Assembly: GCA_902786355.1 (NCBI GenBank)
Contig: CADABZ010000009.1
Coordinates: forward strand, 19,498-83,497
Source: an uncultured Eubacteriales bacterium
GTDB taxonomy: Bacteria; Bacillota; Clostridia; Peptostreptococcales; Anaerovoracaceae
DNA: 64,000 nt
Reading direction: 5' to 3'
The position numbers and the translations under genes were made by a program. Below, one piece after another: positions 1 to 8,911 of the stretch (the stretch's first letter is position 1; every line of letters begins with the position of its first letter). A model generated the notes under the pieces. The model worked only from the letters and a program-made list of their open reading frames with translations, was not told where the DNA came from and ran no database searches.

Positions 1-1
1 G

Positions 2-1165
2 AGCGGGACCGCATCAGAGACGCTCCGTCCTTACACGCCAAGACACATCCGCCGCATGCTGCTTGAAAAGACTGCTTTATGGAAAAGAATGAAGTTCGGC
101 ACAAAGTGGAATCTGAGAGACATTTTCAGGCATAAATCCCGCAGTGCTATGTCTTTTATCGGAACCTTCGGATGCATGCTGATGCTGGTAGCATCATTCG
201 GCATGAACCAGACAATGGATGAGTTCCTTGACACATTCTTCAACGGATCGGCAGTGTATGCTTCGAAAGTATTCATATCTGCAGACGCGGACAATGAAGA
301 TGCACTGAAGATCGCAGACGATCTGGACGGCGACTACAGCGCATCAGTCAGCTCCAAGGTAGGTGACAAAGCGATCTCCGTGGATGTCTACAACATAACT
401 CACGGGACATATCAGTTCATAGATGAGGATTCAAAAATAGTGCAGCTGCCGGAAAACGGCGCTTTTATATGCAAGAGACTTGCGAAAGAATTTGATGCCG
501 GACCCGGAGACACTGTGACCGTGGAACCTTATGGCACGGATGAAAGCTATGATATCCTGATCAGCGGCATCAACAGCTCACTGACAGAAAGCATCTCAAT
601 GACTGAGAGATATGCAGAGTCTGTCGGACTTACTGACAGCGAGGCATATAAGATCAACAGTGTATATACTATGACCGGCAAGGATCAGATCAGCACAAGC
701 AGCATTATTACAAGCATACAGAGCAAGCAGGATATTGTAGATTCTTTCGATGCATTTATGGAACTGTTCTATTTCTTCATAATAGTTCTTGTAGCTGCAT
801 CGGTGCTGCTGTGTCTCATAGTACTTTACAATCTCGGGGTGATGAGCTATATGGAACGTTACCGCGAAATGGCTACACTTAAAGTGCTGGGATTCAAGAA
901 TAAGGCGATAGGCCGCCTGCTTATATCTCAGAATCTGTGGATCGCTGCAACCGGAACTCTTCTGGGGATACCTGCAGGTTCCTGGGCGCTGAAGGCTCTG
1001 ATGAATATGCTTGCAGGTGAATATGAGATGGAGGCTGTGATCGGACCCGGAAGCTTGCTGCCCGCTGCTGCTTTGAATCTGGGGACAGCTATGATCGTTG
1101 GCTGGATGATCGCGAGAAAGAACCGGAGCATCAATATGGTAGAAGCTCTCAAGGGAGCAGAATAG
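2..1165 (+). CDS. ABC transporter permease, FtsX-like domain (5' end cut by window edge)
   Basis: The frame is open from nt 2, with no stop upstream of the listed ATG at 56. The translation shows a long extracytoplasmic segment followed by three TM helices (FFIIVLVAASVLLCLIVLYNLG, GTLLGIPAGSWAL, AAALNLGTAMIVGWMIA), which is typical of the FtsX family. Confidence 0.75.
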   Translation, partial: SGTASETLRPYTPRHIRRMLLEKTALWKRMKFGTKWNLRDIFRHKSRSAMSFIGTFGCMLMLVASFGMNQTMDEFLDTFFNGSAVYASKVFISADADNEDALKIADDLDGDYSASVSSKVGDKAISVDVYNITHGTYQFIDEDSKIVQLPENGAFICKRLAKEFDAGPGDTVTVEPYGTDESYDILISGINSSLTESISMTERYAESVGLTDSEAYKINSVYTMTGKDQISTSSIITSIQSKQDIVDSFDAFMELFYFFIIVLVAASVLLCLIVLYNLGVMSYMERYREMATLKVLGFKNKAIGRLLISQNLWIAATGTLLGIPAGSWALKALMNMLAGEYEMEAVIGPGSLLPAAALNLGTAMIVGWMIARKNRSINMVEALKGAE

Positions 1166-1174
1166 AACAATAAG

Positions 1175-1210
1175 CTTATGGGATGCTATGCATAAAGAGC
1201 ATCCCATAGG
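1175..1210 (+). terminator. Hairpin downstream of FtsX permease gene (terminator-like, no U tract)
   Basis: An 11-13 bp perfect stem, TATGGGATGCT (1177-1187) / AGCATCCCATA (1198-1208), with a 10-nt loop, starts 10 nt after the stop codon. No T run follows it. Confidence 0.4.
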
Positions 1211-1462
1211 CTGTAAGCATATACCCACGAGCACTGAAGAAGAGCGGTGAGGCCCGCAAGGAGCCCCCGCTCTTTTACCTGTCTCTGCATGTATCCGAGG
1301 CGCGGTCTGCGGAGATCTCTCACCGGGTCTCTTGCTCGTGAGCGCCGGAGAGCTTCGCATGGATTTTACACCTTGACCCTGGCGACATGCGGCCGCTAAA
1401 ATACTATCTGAAAAAACCGGGAAGTCATGGATACAGTCCAGGACTTGCCACAGGAGGAAATA

Positions 1463-2605
1463 ATGCGACCTGAAGAAATCAGAAGAATCAGAAAAAGAAT
1501 AGATACAACTCTCAGTAATTTCAGAAGTATATACGGATGCTATGTCAATGCTGCCGGCGAGATCGTAACAACGATGGAGATCCCGGTGCTCGATATGGAG
1601 TCCGAGGAGCGTGAGATGTATGCCGCCGTTTTCAAAAAGGTGCTGTCCGGCAAAGCCGGGAGAAATCAGATGGCTCTCGACATGCCGACAGAAATAGTGG
1701 GAAACAGTGATGAACACAGGCTTCTCATGGCGCTCAAAAGCACTCAGCTGAGAGATGATAATCTCAGAGAGCTTCTGTATCAGCGTATCATAGAATCCCT
1801 CGATATGGATGGAGACAGCTATGTAATACTGCTGGCGGCGGATGTATACGATCTGAAGACTAAGGATGTCAAGGGGGAAGAGTGGTCTGAGGAATCAAAC
1901 CAGCAGTTTGAATACTTCCTCTGTGCGATCTGCCCGGTGAAGACATCCAAAGCAGCTCTCCAGTATCTGCCGGGACAGCAGGAGTTCAGAGGCATTTCGA
2001 CCGGAACGCTTCTTGCACCGCCTGCGATAGGATTCATTTTCCCTGCGCTGGATGAAGGCGGCTCAGACATATATCAGGCCCAGTATTATACAAAGAGCAC
2101 ATCAGTCAACCACGGCGAACTGATCACAGCTCTGTTCAGGATAGATGATCCGCCGATGGCGCCGGATGTGCAGAAGGAGACTTTCAATTCGACTCTTTCG
2201 GAAGCTCTCGGAAAAGAGTGCAGCCTTGATGTGATGACATCTCTTCAGGCAAAGCTGTCAGCAAAGGCTGAGGCGCTAAGCGAGGAGGATCCGTCTGCCA
2301 TAGCTGAAGTCCGTATCGAGGATATAGAAGAGATCCTCTCAGGAAAAGGAGTATCTGATGAGAAGATCAGGGATTTCGGCGAATCAGTAGAGAAACGGTT
2401 TGACGGAGCCGAGACCTTCAATATAGGAAACCTCATACAGAAGAGATCGTTTGAGGTCAGGACCCCTGAGACAAGGATCATAACCGATCCGGATAATGCG
2501 CTCAGGATAAAGACCAGAGTCATCGACGGCGTGACATACATACTCGTACCGGCAGGCGAGAGCGTGAGCGTAAACGGTGTGGAAGTCAGCCTGAATGATC
2601 TGTAA
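1463..2605 (+). CDS. Hypothetical protein, DUF4317-like
   Basis: The ATG at 1463 is preceded by AGGAGG at 6-nt spacing, so it is a better start than the track ATG at 1427. The N-terminal IYGCYVNAAGEIV... region and the ~380 aa size recall the Clostridia DUF4317 family, from memory only. No catalytic motif was recognised. Confidence 0.55.
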   Translation: MRPEEIRRIRKRIDTTLSNFRSIYGCYVNAAGEIVTTMEIPVLDMESEEREMYAAVFKKVLSGKAGRNQMALDMPTEIVGNSDEHRLLMALKSTQLRDDNLRELLYQRIIESLDMDGDSYVILLAADVYDLKTKDVKGEEWSEESNQQFEYFLCAICPVKTSKAALQYLPGQQEFRGISTGTLLAPPAIGFIFPALDEGGSDIYQAQYYTKSTSVNHGELITALFRIDDPPMAPDVQKETFNSTLSEALGKECSLDVMTSLQAKLSAKAEALSEEDPSAIAEVRIEDIEEILSGKGVSDEKIRDFGESVEKRFDGAETFNIGNLIQKRSFEVRTPETRIITDPDNALRIKTRVIDGVTYILVPAGESVSVNGVEVSLNDL

Positions 2606-2606
2606 A

Positions 2607-3251
2607 TCAGTCGCGGTATTTCTCCATTATCTCTGAGAACAGCTCCTTCGTAGTAGGCGGAGTGTATGTTATCGCATTGGCACCGGCCAAGATCGTTTCC
2701 CTTATGGAATCGGGCTGGTTTCCGCCAGAAGCTATCACCGGGATATCCGGGTATCCGGATCTTATTGATCTGACTATATCAGGTGTCCTGCTGCCTGCAG
2801 CGACATTGATTATTGATGCTCCGTTCCGCAGCCTGTCACGCACGTTTGCTTTGTCGCTTGTGACGGTGATCACGACAGGGATATCAACTGCAGCCGATAC
2901 TGCACGGAGATCACGGCTGCTCGTCGGCGAATTGAGGACTACACCGAAAGCTCCCTGGCTTTCAGCGTCTCTGGCCAGGCGTACTGTTCTGGGTCCTTTG
3001 GTGATCCCTCCGCCTATTCCGGCAAAAACAGGTACGGCTGCTGCCCGTATGATCGCGTCGCTTATAGACTGCTGCGGCGTGAACGGGTACACGGCAAAAA
3101 CTGCATCCGCATCGCAGTTTTTGATGATCGCCAGATCTGTTGTGAAGACGAGGCTTTTGATTCTGCGGCCATATATGAATATGCCGCTTGCCTCACGTAT
3201 CTCCGGCGGCATCACAAGTATGTTGTGGCGAAGCCTGCTGCTTATTTTCAT
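2607..3251 (-). CDS. Aldolase-type TIM-barrel protein (NanE/ThiE-like fold), function unknown
   Basis: This 214-aa ORF has an alternating beta/alpha pattern and phosphate-binding-like loops (FAGIGGGITKG, VIASGGN). The exact family was not recognised. Confidence 0.5.
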   Translation of the reverse strand: MKISSRLRHNILVMPPEIREASGIFIYGRRIKSLVFTTDLAIIKNCDADAVFAVYPFTPQQSISDAIIRAAAVPVFAGIGGGITKGPRTVRLARDAESQGAFGVVLNSPTSSRDLRAVSAAVDIPVVITVTSDKANVRDRLRNGASIINVAAGSRTPDIVRSIRSGYPDIPVIASGGNQPDSIRETILAGANAITYTPPTTKELFSEIMEKYRD

Positions 3252-3351
3252 CTGTCAGCACCTCCTGAACACATCGGGTTTTGACAATAACTATAGAACT
3301 ATAAGTAGCATACATTCCTATGTGTACTTTGAGGAATACGTGAACGTCATG

Positions 3352-3380
3352 TAAAAAAACAGCCCCCGGAGGAGCTGTTT
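3352..3380 (-). terminator. Rho-independent terminator of the 67-70 aa gene
   Basis: On the minus strand the sequence reads ACAGCtCC-tccg-GGgGCTGT followed by a run of 7 T (the complement of aaaaaaa at 3353-3359). Confidence 0.7.
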
Positions 3381-3389
3381 AATGACTAA

Positions 3390-3593
3390 TTATGCCGGGA
3401 TGACTTCAAAGATATTGTTGTCGGTCTCGTGGAAAGACTCGAGTCTGGTCATTATACCCTTGACAGCTTTCTCGGAGTATGCCTTTGCTTCGCCTTCATC
3501 AAAGGTGTTAATGAAGCATTTCTCTTTGTTTGAAAGAGCAGCGACATAGCCCGTTTCATGGCTATACTTATTAGTCCACTTGATTTTGACCAT
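3390..3593 (-). CDS. Small hypothetical protein (67 aa from second ATG)
   Basis: The ORF is 3390-3602. GGAGG lies only 1 nt from the first ATG (3602) but 10 nt from the ATG at 3593, so 3593 is preferred. No family was recognised. Confidence 0.5.
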   Translation of the reverse strand: MVKIKWTNKYSHETGYVAALSNKEKCFINTFDEGEAKAYSEKAVKGIMTRLESFHETDNNIFEVIPA

Positions 3594-3787
3594 GGTTATC
3601 ATACCTCCTTCCCAGTTGTTGTATAAGTGATTCCCCTAAGGGAAATAGGTCAATTATTTATCCATACTGGTCATATTAAGACTATTATGTTAAGAATTCA
3701 ATGTTTTTCAGCAAAAAGCACTGAAATTTTGTGTTTTTTGAACACCGGGCCAGTTATCGTTCGGAATATTCCCCGGTGTTCACGCCT

Positions 3788-4585
3788 TTACATTGAATGC
3801 TTCTTCTCCATGATCTTATCTACTGCATGTATGACCGAATGCCTGAATCCTGTCTCTTCAAGCGCGCTTATGCCTACAATGGTCGTGCCGCCCGGCGAGC
3901 ACACGGCATCCTTGAGTTCGCCCGGATGCTTTCCGCTCTCCATCATATATTTTGCAGTTCCTATGAGCATCTGAGGAACGATGACATAAGCCTGGGCACG
4001 GCTCATTCCGTGCTTTACAAGCCCGTCAGCAAGCGCTTCTATGAATACATCTGCAAAAGCAGGTGCGCAGCCTGCGCCTGTCCCGCCGAGGGAGAGAAGA
4101 TCCGGACTGAAGTATTCTATCTTCGCTATCTGCCCGAAAATACCTTCGAACAGTTTCAGCTGCTCCGCAGTCAGCGAGTGCTTCGATTCAGCCACTATGA
4201 TACCTTCGCCTACTGCGACAGGTGTGTTAGGTATCGTGCTGATATGATTGAATCCCTCGCCGAGATAGCTGACATATCTTTCGTAATCAATGCCTGCAGC
4301 GATAGAGATCACAGGTTTTCCCTTAAGCACGCCGGCAATTGCTGTAACAACATCCCTGACCTGCTCCGGCAGAACACCTATCACGATCATATCGGCTGAG
4401 CGGGCAGCTTCCGCCGCATCTGAGCAGGCGTTGATACCGCGATCAGCGCATTTTGCCTGCAGCTTCACTGTATCCCTTGCACATGCATATATATCCGATG
4501 GAGCAATGGCCCCGCTGAGCAGCAGCCCGTCGCAGATCGCTCCTGCCATATTGCCAAAACCTATAAAACCAATTCTCGTACTCAT
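3788..4585 (-). CDS. proC: Pyrroline-5-carboxylate reductase
   Basis: It has an N-terminal Rossmann motif IGFIGFGNMAG and the C-terminal P5CR signature SPGGTT (AVCSPGGTTIVGISALEE). The 265 aa length fits. Confidence 0.9.
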   Translation of the reverse strand: MSTRIGFIGFGNMAGAICDGLLLSGAIAPSDIYACARDTVKLQAKCADRGINACSDAAEAARSADMIVIGVLPEQVRDVVTAIAGVLKGKPVISIAAGIDYERYVSYLGEGFNHISTIPNTPVAVGEGIIVAESKHSLTAEQLKLFEGIFGQIAKIEYFSPDLLSLGGTGAGCAPAFADVFIEALADGLVKHGMSRAQAYVIVPQMLIGTAKYMMESGKHPGELKDAVCSPGGTTIVGISALEETGFRHSVIHAVDKIMEKKHSM

Positions 4586-4746
4586 TCCTGCCCCGATCCT
4601 TTCTCAGCAAACTCATCATGCATATATAGATACATGTTATTTTAACACATGGGAGAGCGCGCCGTTTACACTGGTTTAATGCTGCGCCGCCCGCCTGCAG
4701 ATGTTTGTATGGTGTAATCAAGACGGATCTTTTGTATAATGTCTGC

Positions 4747-5400
4747 ATGAGAATTATTATGAGAAAAGCAGTAAATATATGTATAATCATCGCTGTGGCG
4801 GGGTCATGGCTAGCTATGGCGCTGTACGGGCAGGGCACTCTGGCCGAGAACGGATTCGGAAATCTGAAATACTTCACAGTCCTTTCAAATCTGCTGGAGG
4901 GAGCCGCATCAGTGATCTGGCTTGTTATGTCAGGCAGGGATGAAAGTGCTAAAATAAAAGCTGAACGGCTCAAATACGTCGCAGCTTCCGCGGTGATGCT
5001 CACTTTCACTGTCGTGATGGGATTTCTCGGACCGCTGTACGGATACGGCTCGATGTTCACAGGGGCAAACCTGTTTTTTCATCTGATCATTCCTCTGGTG
5101 GCTGCAGCAGAAGTGATATTCCTCTCGGATGCAGAGTATACAGCATCAGACAATGCGCTGACGGTGATCCCGCCGCTTGTGTATGGGACGGTATATCTTC
5201 TCAATAATATCGTGAACGGGATCGGCGAGTGGCCAGATACCAATGACTGGTATACTTTTCTCGCGTGGGGGTACCCGGCAGGCATCGGAATCTTTGCGGT
5301 GATATGCGCTGTCACATGGCTGCTCGGACTTCTCATGCGAAAACTACAGATCAAAATACCGGCAAAGCATCGGCAGGAACCGGACCGGTGCAGGAGATAA
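4747..5400 (+). CDS. Integral membrane protein (6 TM, possibly Pr6Pr-like)
   Basis: Hydrophobic helices run throughout and an FTVLSNLLEG motif is present. The track start at 4705 is TTG; the first ATGs are at 4747 and 4759 and no clear SD was seen. The family assignment is tentative. Confidence 0.5.
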   Translation: MRIIMRKAVNICIIIAVAGSWLAMALYGQGTLAENGFGNLKYFTVLSNLLEGAASVIWLVMSGRDESAKIKAERLKYVAASAVMLTFTVVMGFLGPLYGYGSMFTGANLFFHLIIPLVAAAEVIFLSDAEYTASDNALTVIPPLVYGTVYLLNNIVNGIGEWPDTNDWYTFLAWGYPAGIGIFAVICAVTWLLGLLMRKLQIKIPAKHRQEPDRCRR

Positions 5401-5405
5401 TAGAC

Positions 5406-5657
5406 ATGACAGATTATATAACTATAGGCGGCAGCAGTTATCCGATCAGGGAACTGAGGCTGGAAGAATATGAGGTAGATGTCAGGGTATCCTGCGAATC
5501 TCTCGAAGCAGTCATCTTTGATGAAGAGAATGAGTACACTTCAAGAGAGGCGCAGCTCCTCGATGAGATCATATTCTTCTATGTCCCGGATGATATGATC
5601 GAAGATGCGTCCGATGAGGAGCTGGAGCAGTACATCACAGACAACCTTGAATGGTGA
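5406..5657 (+). CDS. Small acidic hypothetical protein (83 aa)
   Basis: The ATG at 5406 follows AGGAG by about 9 nt and sits 5 nt after the upstream stop. The upstream part of track ORF 5265-5657 overlaps the membrane-protein gene and is ignored. Confidence 0.5.
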   Translation: MTDYITIGGSSYPIRELRLEEYEVDVRVSCESLEAVIFDEENEYTSREAQLLDEIIFFYVPDDMIEDASDEELEQYITDNLEW

Positions 5658-5696
5658 ATCCTCAGAAGCAGGCACAGAAGCGAAACACAGACTAAC

Positions 5697-6407
5697 ATGA
5701 CAGAATCACAGTACACATATTTAAACAGAAACGAAAAGTGCATCAGCTGTAGCAGGATGTGCATGACAAGCCTGACTGCTCTGTCGAGCGTCGATGAAGC
5801 GGGATGGAAGCGCGTCATGGAGTCTGCTGTGCGCAAAAAATACCGCAAGGGCAGCTATCTGTTCAGAGAAGACGATCCGTGCGACGGGATCTATCTGATC
5901 CTGTCGGGGAAGATCAAGCTGCGGACATATGACGCCGAAGGCAGAGAGGAGATCGCAGGCATATTCTGGTTCGGCGAGGTCATATGGGAAGGCATCTTCA
6001 TCGACAAAAGCACCTTCCCGTATGATGCAGTCTGCCTTGACACGACTGACTGCTGCATGATACCGAGGGCAGAGCTTGAGTCCTTCATGGAAGAGCCAAA
6101 AGTCGCACTCAAGGTTATAAAGCTTCTGAGCCGCAAGCTGCACGCCGCCAACGAGAGAGTGCTGCTCCTGACGACCGAGGATCCCAAGGCGAGACTTGCG
6201 GGATTCCTGCTCAGGCAGAGCAAGTATTCAGAGTCAGATACTTTTACGATGAGACTCGAGGAAATCTCGGCGAGCATTCATCTCAGGCCGGAGACAGTAA
6301 GCCGCAAGATCAGAGAGCTGGAGAGAGAAGGCATCATCAGGAAGACCGGTCAGAGCACCATCAGGATCGTGGATTTTCAGCAGCTCAGAGACACGTTCAA
6401 AAGCTAG
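5697..6407 (+). CDS. Crp/Fnr-family transcriptional regulator with N-terminal Cys cluster (FNR-like)
   Basis: It has a cNMP-binding-type beta-roll (YLFREDDPCDGIYLILSGKIKL) and a C-terminal HTH (LEEISASIHLRPETVSRKIRELEREGII). An N-terminal CISCSRMC motif (C-x2-C-x3-C) recalls the FNR Fe-S sensory cluster. Confidence 0.85.
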   Translation: MTESQYTYLNRNEKCISCSRMCMTSLTALSSVDEAGWKRVMESAVRKKYRKGSYLFREDDPCDGIYLILSGKIKLRTYDAEGREEIAGIFWFGEVIWEGIFIDKSTFPYDAVCLDTTDCCMIPRAELESFMEEPKVALKVIKLLSRKLHAANERVLLLTTEDPKARLAGFLLRQSKYSESDTFTMRLEEISASIHLRPETVSRKIRELEREGIIRKTGQSTIRIVDFQQLRDTFKS

Positions 6408-6504
6408 AAATATGTTCTTCCGAAGCAGATCGTGTGCGTGAAAAAAGCTCTTCCCGGAGGCCGCCAATGCATTAAAAAAATATTTAATAAAAAATTACAA
6501 AAAC

Positions 6505-6518
6505 TTGATTATAATCAA
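6505..6518 (+). promoter_or_regulatory. Perfect FNR/CRP-family box TTGAT-N4-ATCAA
   Basis: The sequence TTGATtataATCAA was read directly at 6505-6518, in an AT-rich intergenic region 98 nt after the Crp/Fnr gene stop. Confidence 0.7.
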
Positions 6519-6537
6519 TTTTCTTATATATCGGCGG

Positions 6538-6546
6538 TGTTATATT
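6538..6546 (+). promoter_or_regulatory. Extended -10 element (TGtTATATT); predicted +1 near 6553
   Basis: TG is at 6538-6539 and TATATT at 6541-6546. With +1 about 7 nt downstream, the FNR-box centre (6511.5) falls at -41.5, which is class II geometry. Confidence 0.55.
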
Positions 6547-6622
6547 TCCCTCTGTCAGAAAGACAGCAACTAAACTGATCGGTGACGGTCAGTAATATAT
6601 ATACGAAGGGAGATATACAGAA

Positions 6623-6727
6623 ATGATGGAGCTTATGATCGGAGCAGCAGTTCTCGTACCGTCGCTTTACTGGACCGCAGCTGTAGCAGCATCTGTAAAA
6701 GACGCTGTTGAGGAAGCAAACGACTAG
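6623..6727 (+). CDS. 34-aa hydrophobic/acidic micropeptide (MMELMIGAAVLVPSLYWTAAVAASVKDAVEEAND)
   Basis: This ORF is not in the ORF track because it is under 60 aa. The SD AAGGGAGA lies 9 nt upstream of the ATG at 6623 and the stop is TAG at 6725-6727. It has one predicted TM-like segment plus an acidic tail, and a terminator follows. Confidence 0.5.
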   Translation: MMELMIGAAVLVPSLYWTAAVAASVKDAVEEAND

Positions 6728-6767
6728 TACGATTTACATAGATGCAGGGTGAAAGAACCCCGGGTAC

Positions 6768-6798
6768 CGGCAGACCAGACTGCCGTTTTTTATTTTTT
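6768..6798 (+). terminator. Weak rho-independent terminator
   Basis: CGGCA (6768-6772) pairs with TGCCG (6781-6785), followed by TTTTTTATTTTTT. Confidence 0.5.
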
Positions 6799-6914
6799 GA
6801 AAAAAGCATGCCGCCGCTGACCGGCCTGAGTGATTCAGAGGTTGAGATATGGTATCATTTACATGATAGTTGATGTCGTCACAAGGGGTTGCCCGGAAAG
6901 AGAGGATGGTCATT

Positions 6915-7862
6915 ATGCTTCATGAAATAAGTTTTGACTCGTACAACAAGAGAGACAGAGTATACGGATGGGTATATGTTCCTGCTGCAGCGCCTGTAGG
7001 AATAATCCAGCTGATCCACGGATTTGGAGAACATTCGCGCAGATACCTGCATATGATAGTCAAATTCATGGACGCAGGCTTTATTGTAGCCGCTGATGAT
7101 CACGTAGGCCACGGCAAGACAGCTATGGAGAACAACTGCTGGGGCGACTGGGGCAGCATGGGTGTTCATACCATGATGGAGGATGAGCATACTCTGACAA
7201 AGCTTGTCAAAGAGATGTATCCGGATCTTCCGTATTTTATGTTCGGACACAGCATGGGCTCATTCATAGCAAGAGACTATATCACCAAGTACGGCAATGA
7301 GCTTGATGGTGTGACTCTGTGCGGAACTTCGGGAGAGTTCCCTGGACTCGATAACAGTATAGACTACCTTAAGAAGCTTGTAGATGCGGGCAAGGGTCAG
7401 GAATCCGATCCTGATGCCGGAGCAGTGATGATGGGCTGGATGTTCGGCCGCTGCGAAGAAGGCGTCAAGCTTGGAAATGAATGGATCTGCCATGATGAAT
7501 TCGTCCAGAGAGACCATGCAGAGGATCCGTTCGATGCATTCACCAGGCCGACCAGCAACAGATCCTTCCTCGACTTTGCGGAGATGATCAAAGTGATCAC
7601 AGGACCGGAATGGGCTGCCAAAGTCCCTGTAGAGCTTCCGATCTACAATATCGCCGGCGATCAGGATCCTGTTGGTCAGTACGGTGCAGGTGTATATCAG
7701 GTATCCAACTGGCTGATCGATGCAGGATGTGATGTAGAGACGATGCTGTACTCAGGATACCGCCATGAGATACACAATTACGATGATCTCAAGGACGATG
7801 TTGAAGAGGGTATTATAGACTTCTTCTACAGATGCATAATAGATGTCGAGATCGATTTCTAG
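6915..7862 (+). CDS. Alpha/beta hydrolase (lysophospholipase / monoacylglycerol-lipase-like)
   Basis: It has the HGFGEHSRRY oxyanion region and the nucleophile elbow GHSMGS. The start is uncertain: TTG 6870 (track), ATG 6906, or ATG 6915, with AGAGGA 8 nt upstream of 6915. Confidence 0.8.
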   Translation: MLHEISFDSYNKRDRVYGWVYVPAAAPVGIIQLIHGFGEHSRRYLHMIVKFMDAGFIVAADDHVGHGKTAMENNCWGDWGSMGVHTMMEDEHTLTKLVKEMYPDLPYFMFGHSMGSFIARDYITKYGNELDGVTLCGTSGEFPGLDNSIDYLKKLVDAGKGQESDPDAGAVMMGWMFGRCEEGVKLGNEWICHDEFVQRDHAEDPFDAFTRPTSNRSFLDFAEMIKVITGPEWAAKVPVELPIYNIAGDQDPVGQYGAGVYQVSNWLIDAGCDVETMLYSGYRHEIHNYDDLKDDVEEGIIDFFYRCIIDVEIDF

Positions 7863-7917
7863 AGACATCAGGCCTGTGATTTGAAATACCTTGATCTTTT
7901 CGGTATTATATGCAGAT

Positions 7918-8493
7918 ATGAATCTGATCACGAAGACAACTGAGCTTGCGATGTCTGTGACACTCGCGTACATAAGAGAAGGCGATACGGTCATCGATGC
8001 GACATGCGGGACCGGGCAGGATACAGCAGTCCTTGCCCGCGCAGCAGGAGCAGAAGGGCACGTATATGCTTTTGACATTCAGAAGAAAGCGCTTCTTCTC
8101 ACTGAGGCAAGGCTGAGGGCAAAAGGCTATAATAATGTCAGCCTGCTGATGAAGTCTTTTGCGTCGATGGGCGAACACCTGCCTGCGGGAAGCGCTTCTG
8201 CGGTCGTCTTCAATCTTGGCTATCTGCCGGGAGGAGATCACAGCATAACGACAACAGCGGATGAAACGCTGAAAGGTCTGGAATGCGCATTGAAGGCCAT
8301 AAAAGCAGGCGGGATCGTTACTGTAGTGCTGTATGACGGGCACGAGGAGGGAGCCGCTGAAAAGCAGAGCGTTATCAGCTGGGCTGAAGCGCTTGATCCT
8401 CATGTCTATCACGCTGCTTTTGTGAGTCTCATCAATCAGGAGAATCATCCGCCTGAGATCCTGTGGATCACTAAGAAGAAAGACAGGGTATAG
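7918..8493 (+). CDS. mnmM: Class I SAM-dependent methyltransferase, YtqB/MnmM-like (tRNA mnm5s2U34 methyltransferase family)
   Basis: Motif I is DATCGTGQDT, and the FNLGYLPGGDH and VLYDGHEEG motifs plus the ~190 aa size match the family. The ATG at 7918 is preferred over the upstream track start. Confidence 0.6.
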   Translation: MNLITKTTELAMSVTLAYIREGDTVIDATCGTGQDTAVLARAAGAEGHVYAFDIQKKALLLTEARLRAKGYNNVSLLMKSFASMGEHLPAGSASAVVFNLGYLPGGDHSITTTADETLKGLECALKAIKAGGIVTVVLYDGHEEGAAEKQSVISWAEALDPHVYHAAFVSLINQENHPPEILWITKKKDRV

Positions 8494-8542
8494 CAGGGTC
8501 ACGGACGGGAATCGATGACTGAACAGATGGAGGTATAAGATA

Positions 8543-8845
8543 ATGAAAACCAATTCAAATGTTATCGCTGCAATTTCATATCTGACATGGGTAGGTTTTA
8601 TAATTGCGCTTCTCGTAAGGGACAGCAGAGATGATTTCACTGCCATGCACCTGAATCAGGCGCTCGTGCTGAATATCGCTTCTATAATCGGAGGTGTCGC
8701 TGCGGTCCTTCCTCTCATAGGAGGAATCATATCCGGAGTCGTATCTCTGGCAACATTCATTCTCGCCATCATGGGTGTATATCGTGCGGCAACCTGGAAC
8801 AACCAGCCGCTTCCACTGATAGGAGATATCCATCTGATCGGATGA
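8543..8845 (+). CDS. Small membrane protein (DUF4870-like)
   Basis: This 100-aa protein has 3 TM segments and an N-terminal AAISYLTWVGFIIALLV...HLNQAL pattern. Confidence 0.5.
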   Translation: MKTNSNVIAAISYLTWVGFIIALLVRDSRDDFTAMHLNQALVLNIASIIGGVAAVLPLIGGIISGVVSLATFILAIMGVYRAATWNNQPLPLIGDIHLIG

Positions 8846-8875
8846 TCACTGCCGAGTCTCATACAGATCACAGAC

Positions 8876-8911
8876 AACAGGATTGCCATGAGAGCAATCC
8901 TGTTTATTTTT
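8876..8911 (+). terminator. Rho-independent terminator
   Basis: An 11-bp stem, AACAGGATTGC / GCAATCCTGTT, is followed by TATTTTT. Confidence 0.8.

Noticed and set aside
1289-1399. A 36-codon Arg-rich ORF (MYPRRGLRRSLTGSLARERRRASHGFYTLTLATCGR) inside the structured leader.
   Set aside because: It has no SD, and its composition simply reflects the GC-rich stems. It is more likely RNA structure than coding sequence.
596-1717. A 373-aa ORF on the minus strand spanning the FtsX 3' end, the intergenic region and the DUF4317 5' end.
   Set aside because: It is antisense to two well-supported + strand genes. The translation is low-complexity (Ser/Cys/His-rich) with no recognisable domain or SD. It is a typical shadow ORF.
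3740-3781. A 10-bp stem, GAACACCGGG/CCCGGTGTTC, downstream of proC (minus strand).
   Set aside because: The T run lies on the wrong side for a minus-strand terminator, since an A run follows the stem in the proC transcript. It is reported here only as an unexplained hairpin.
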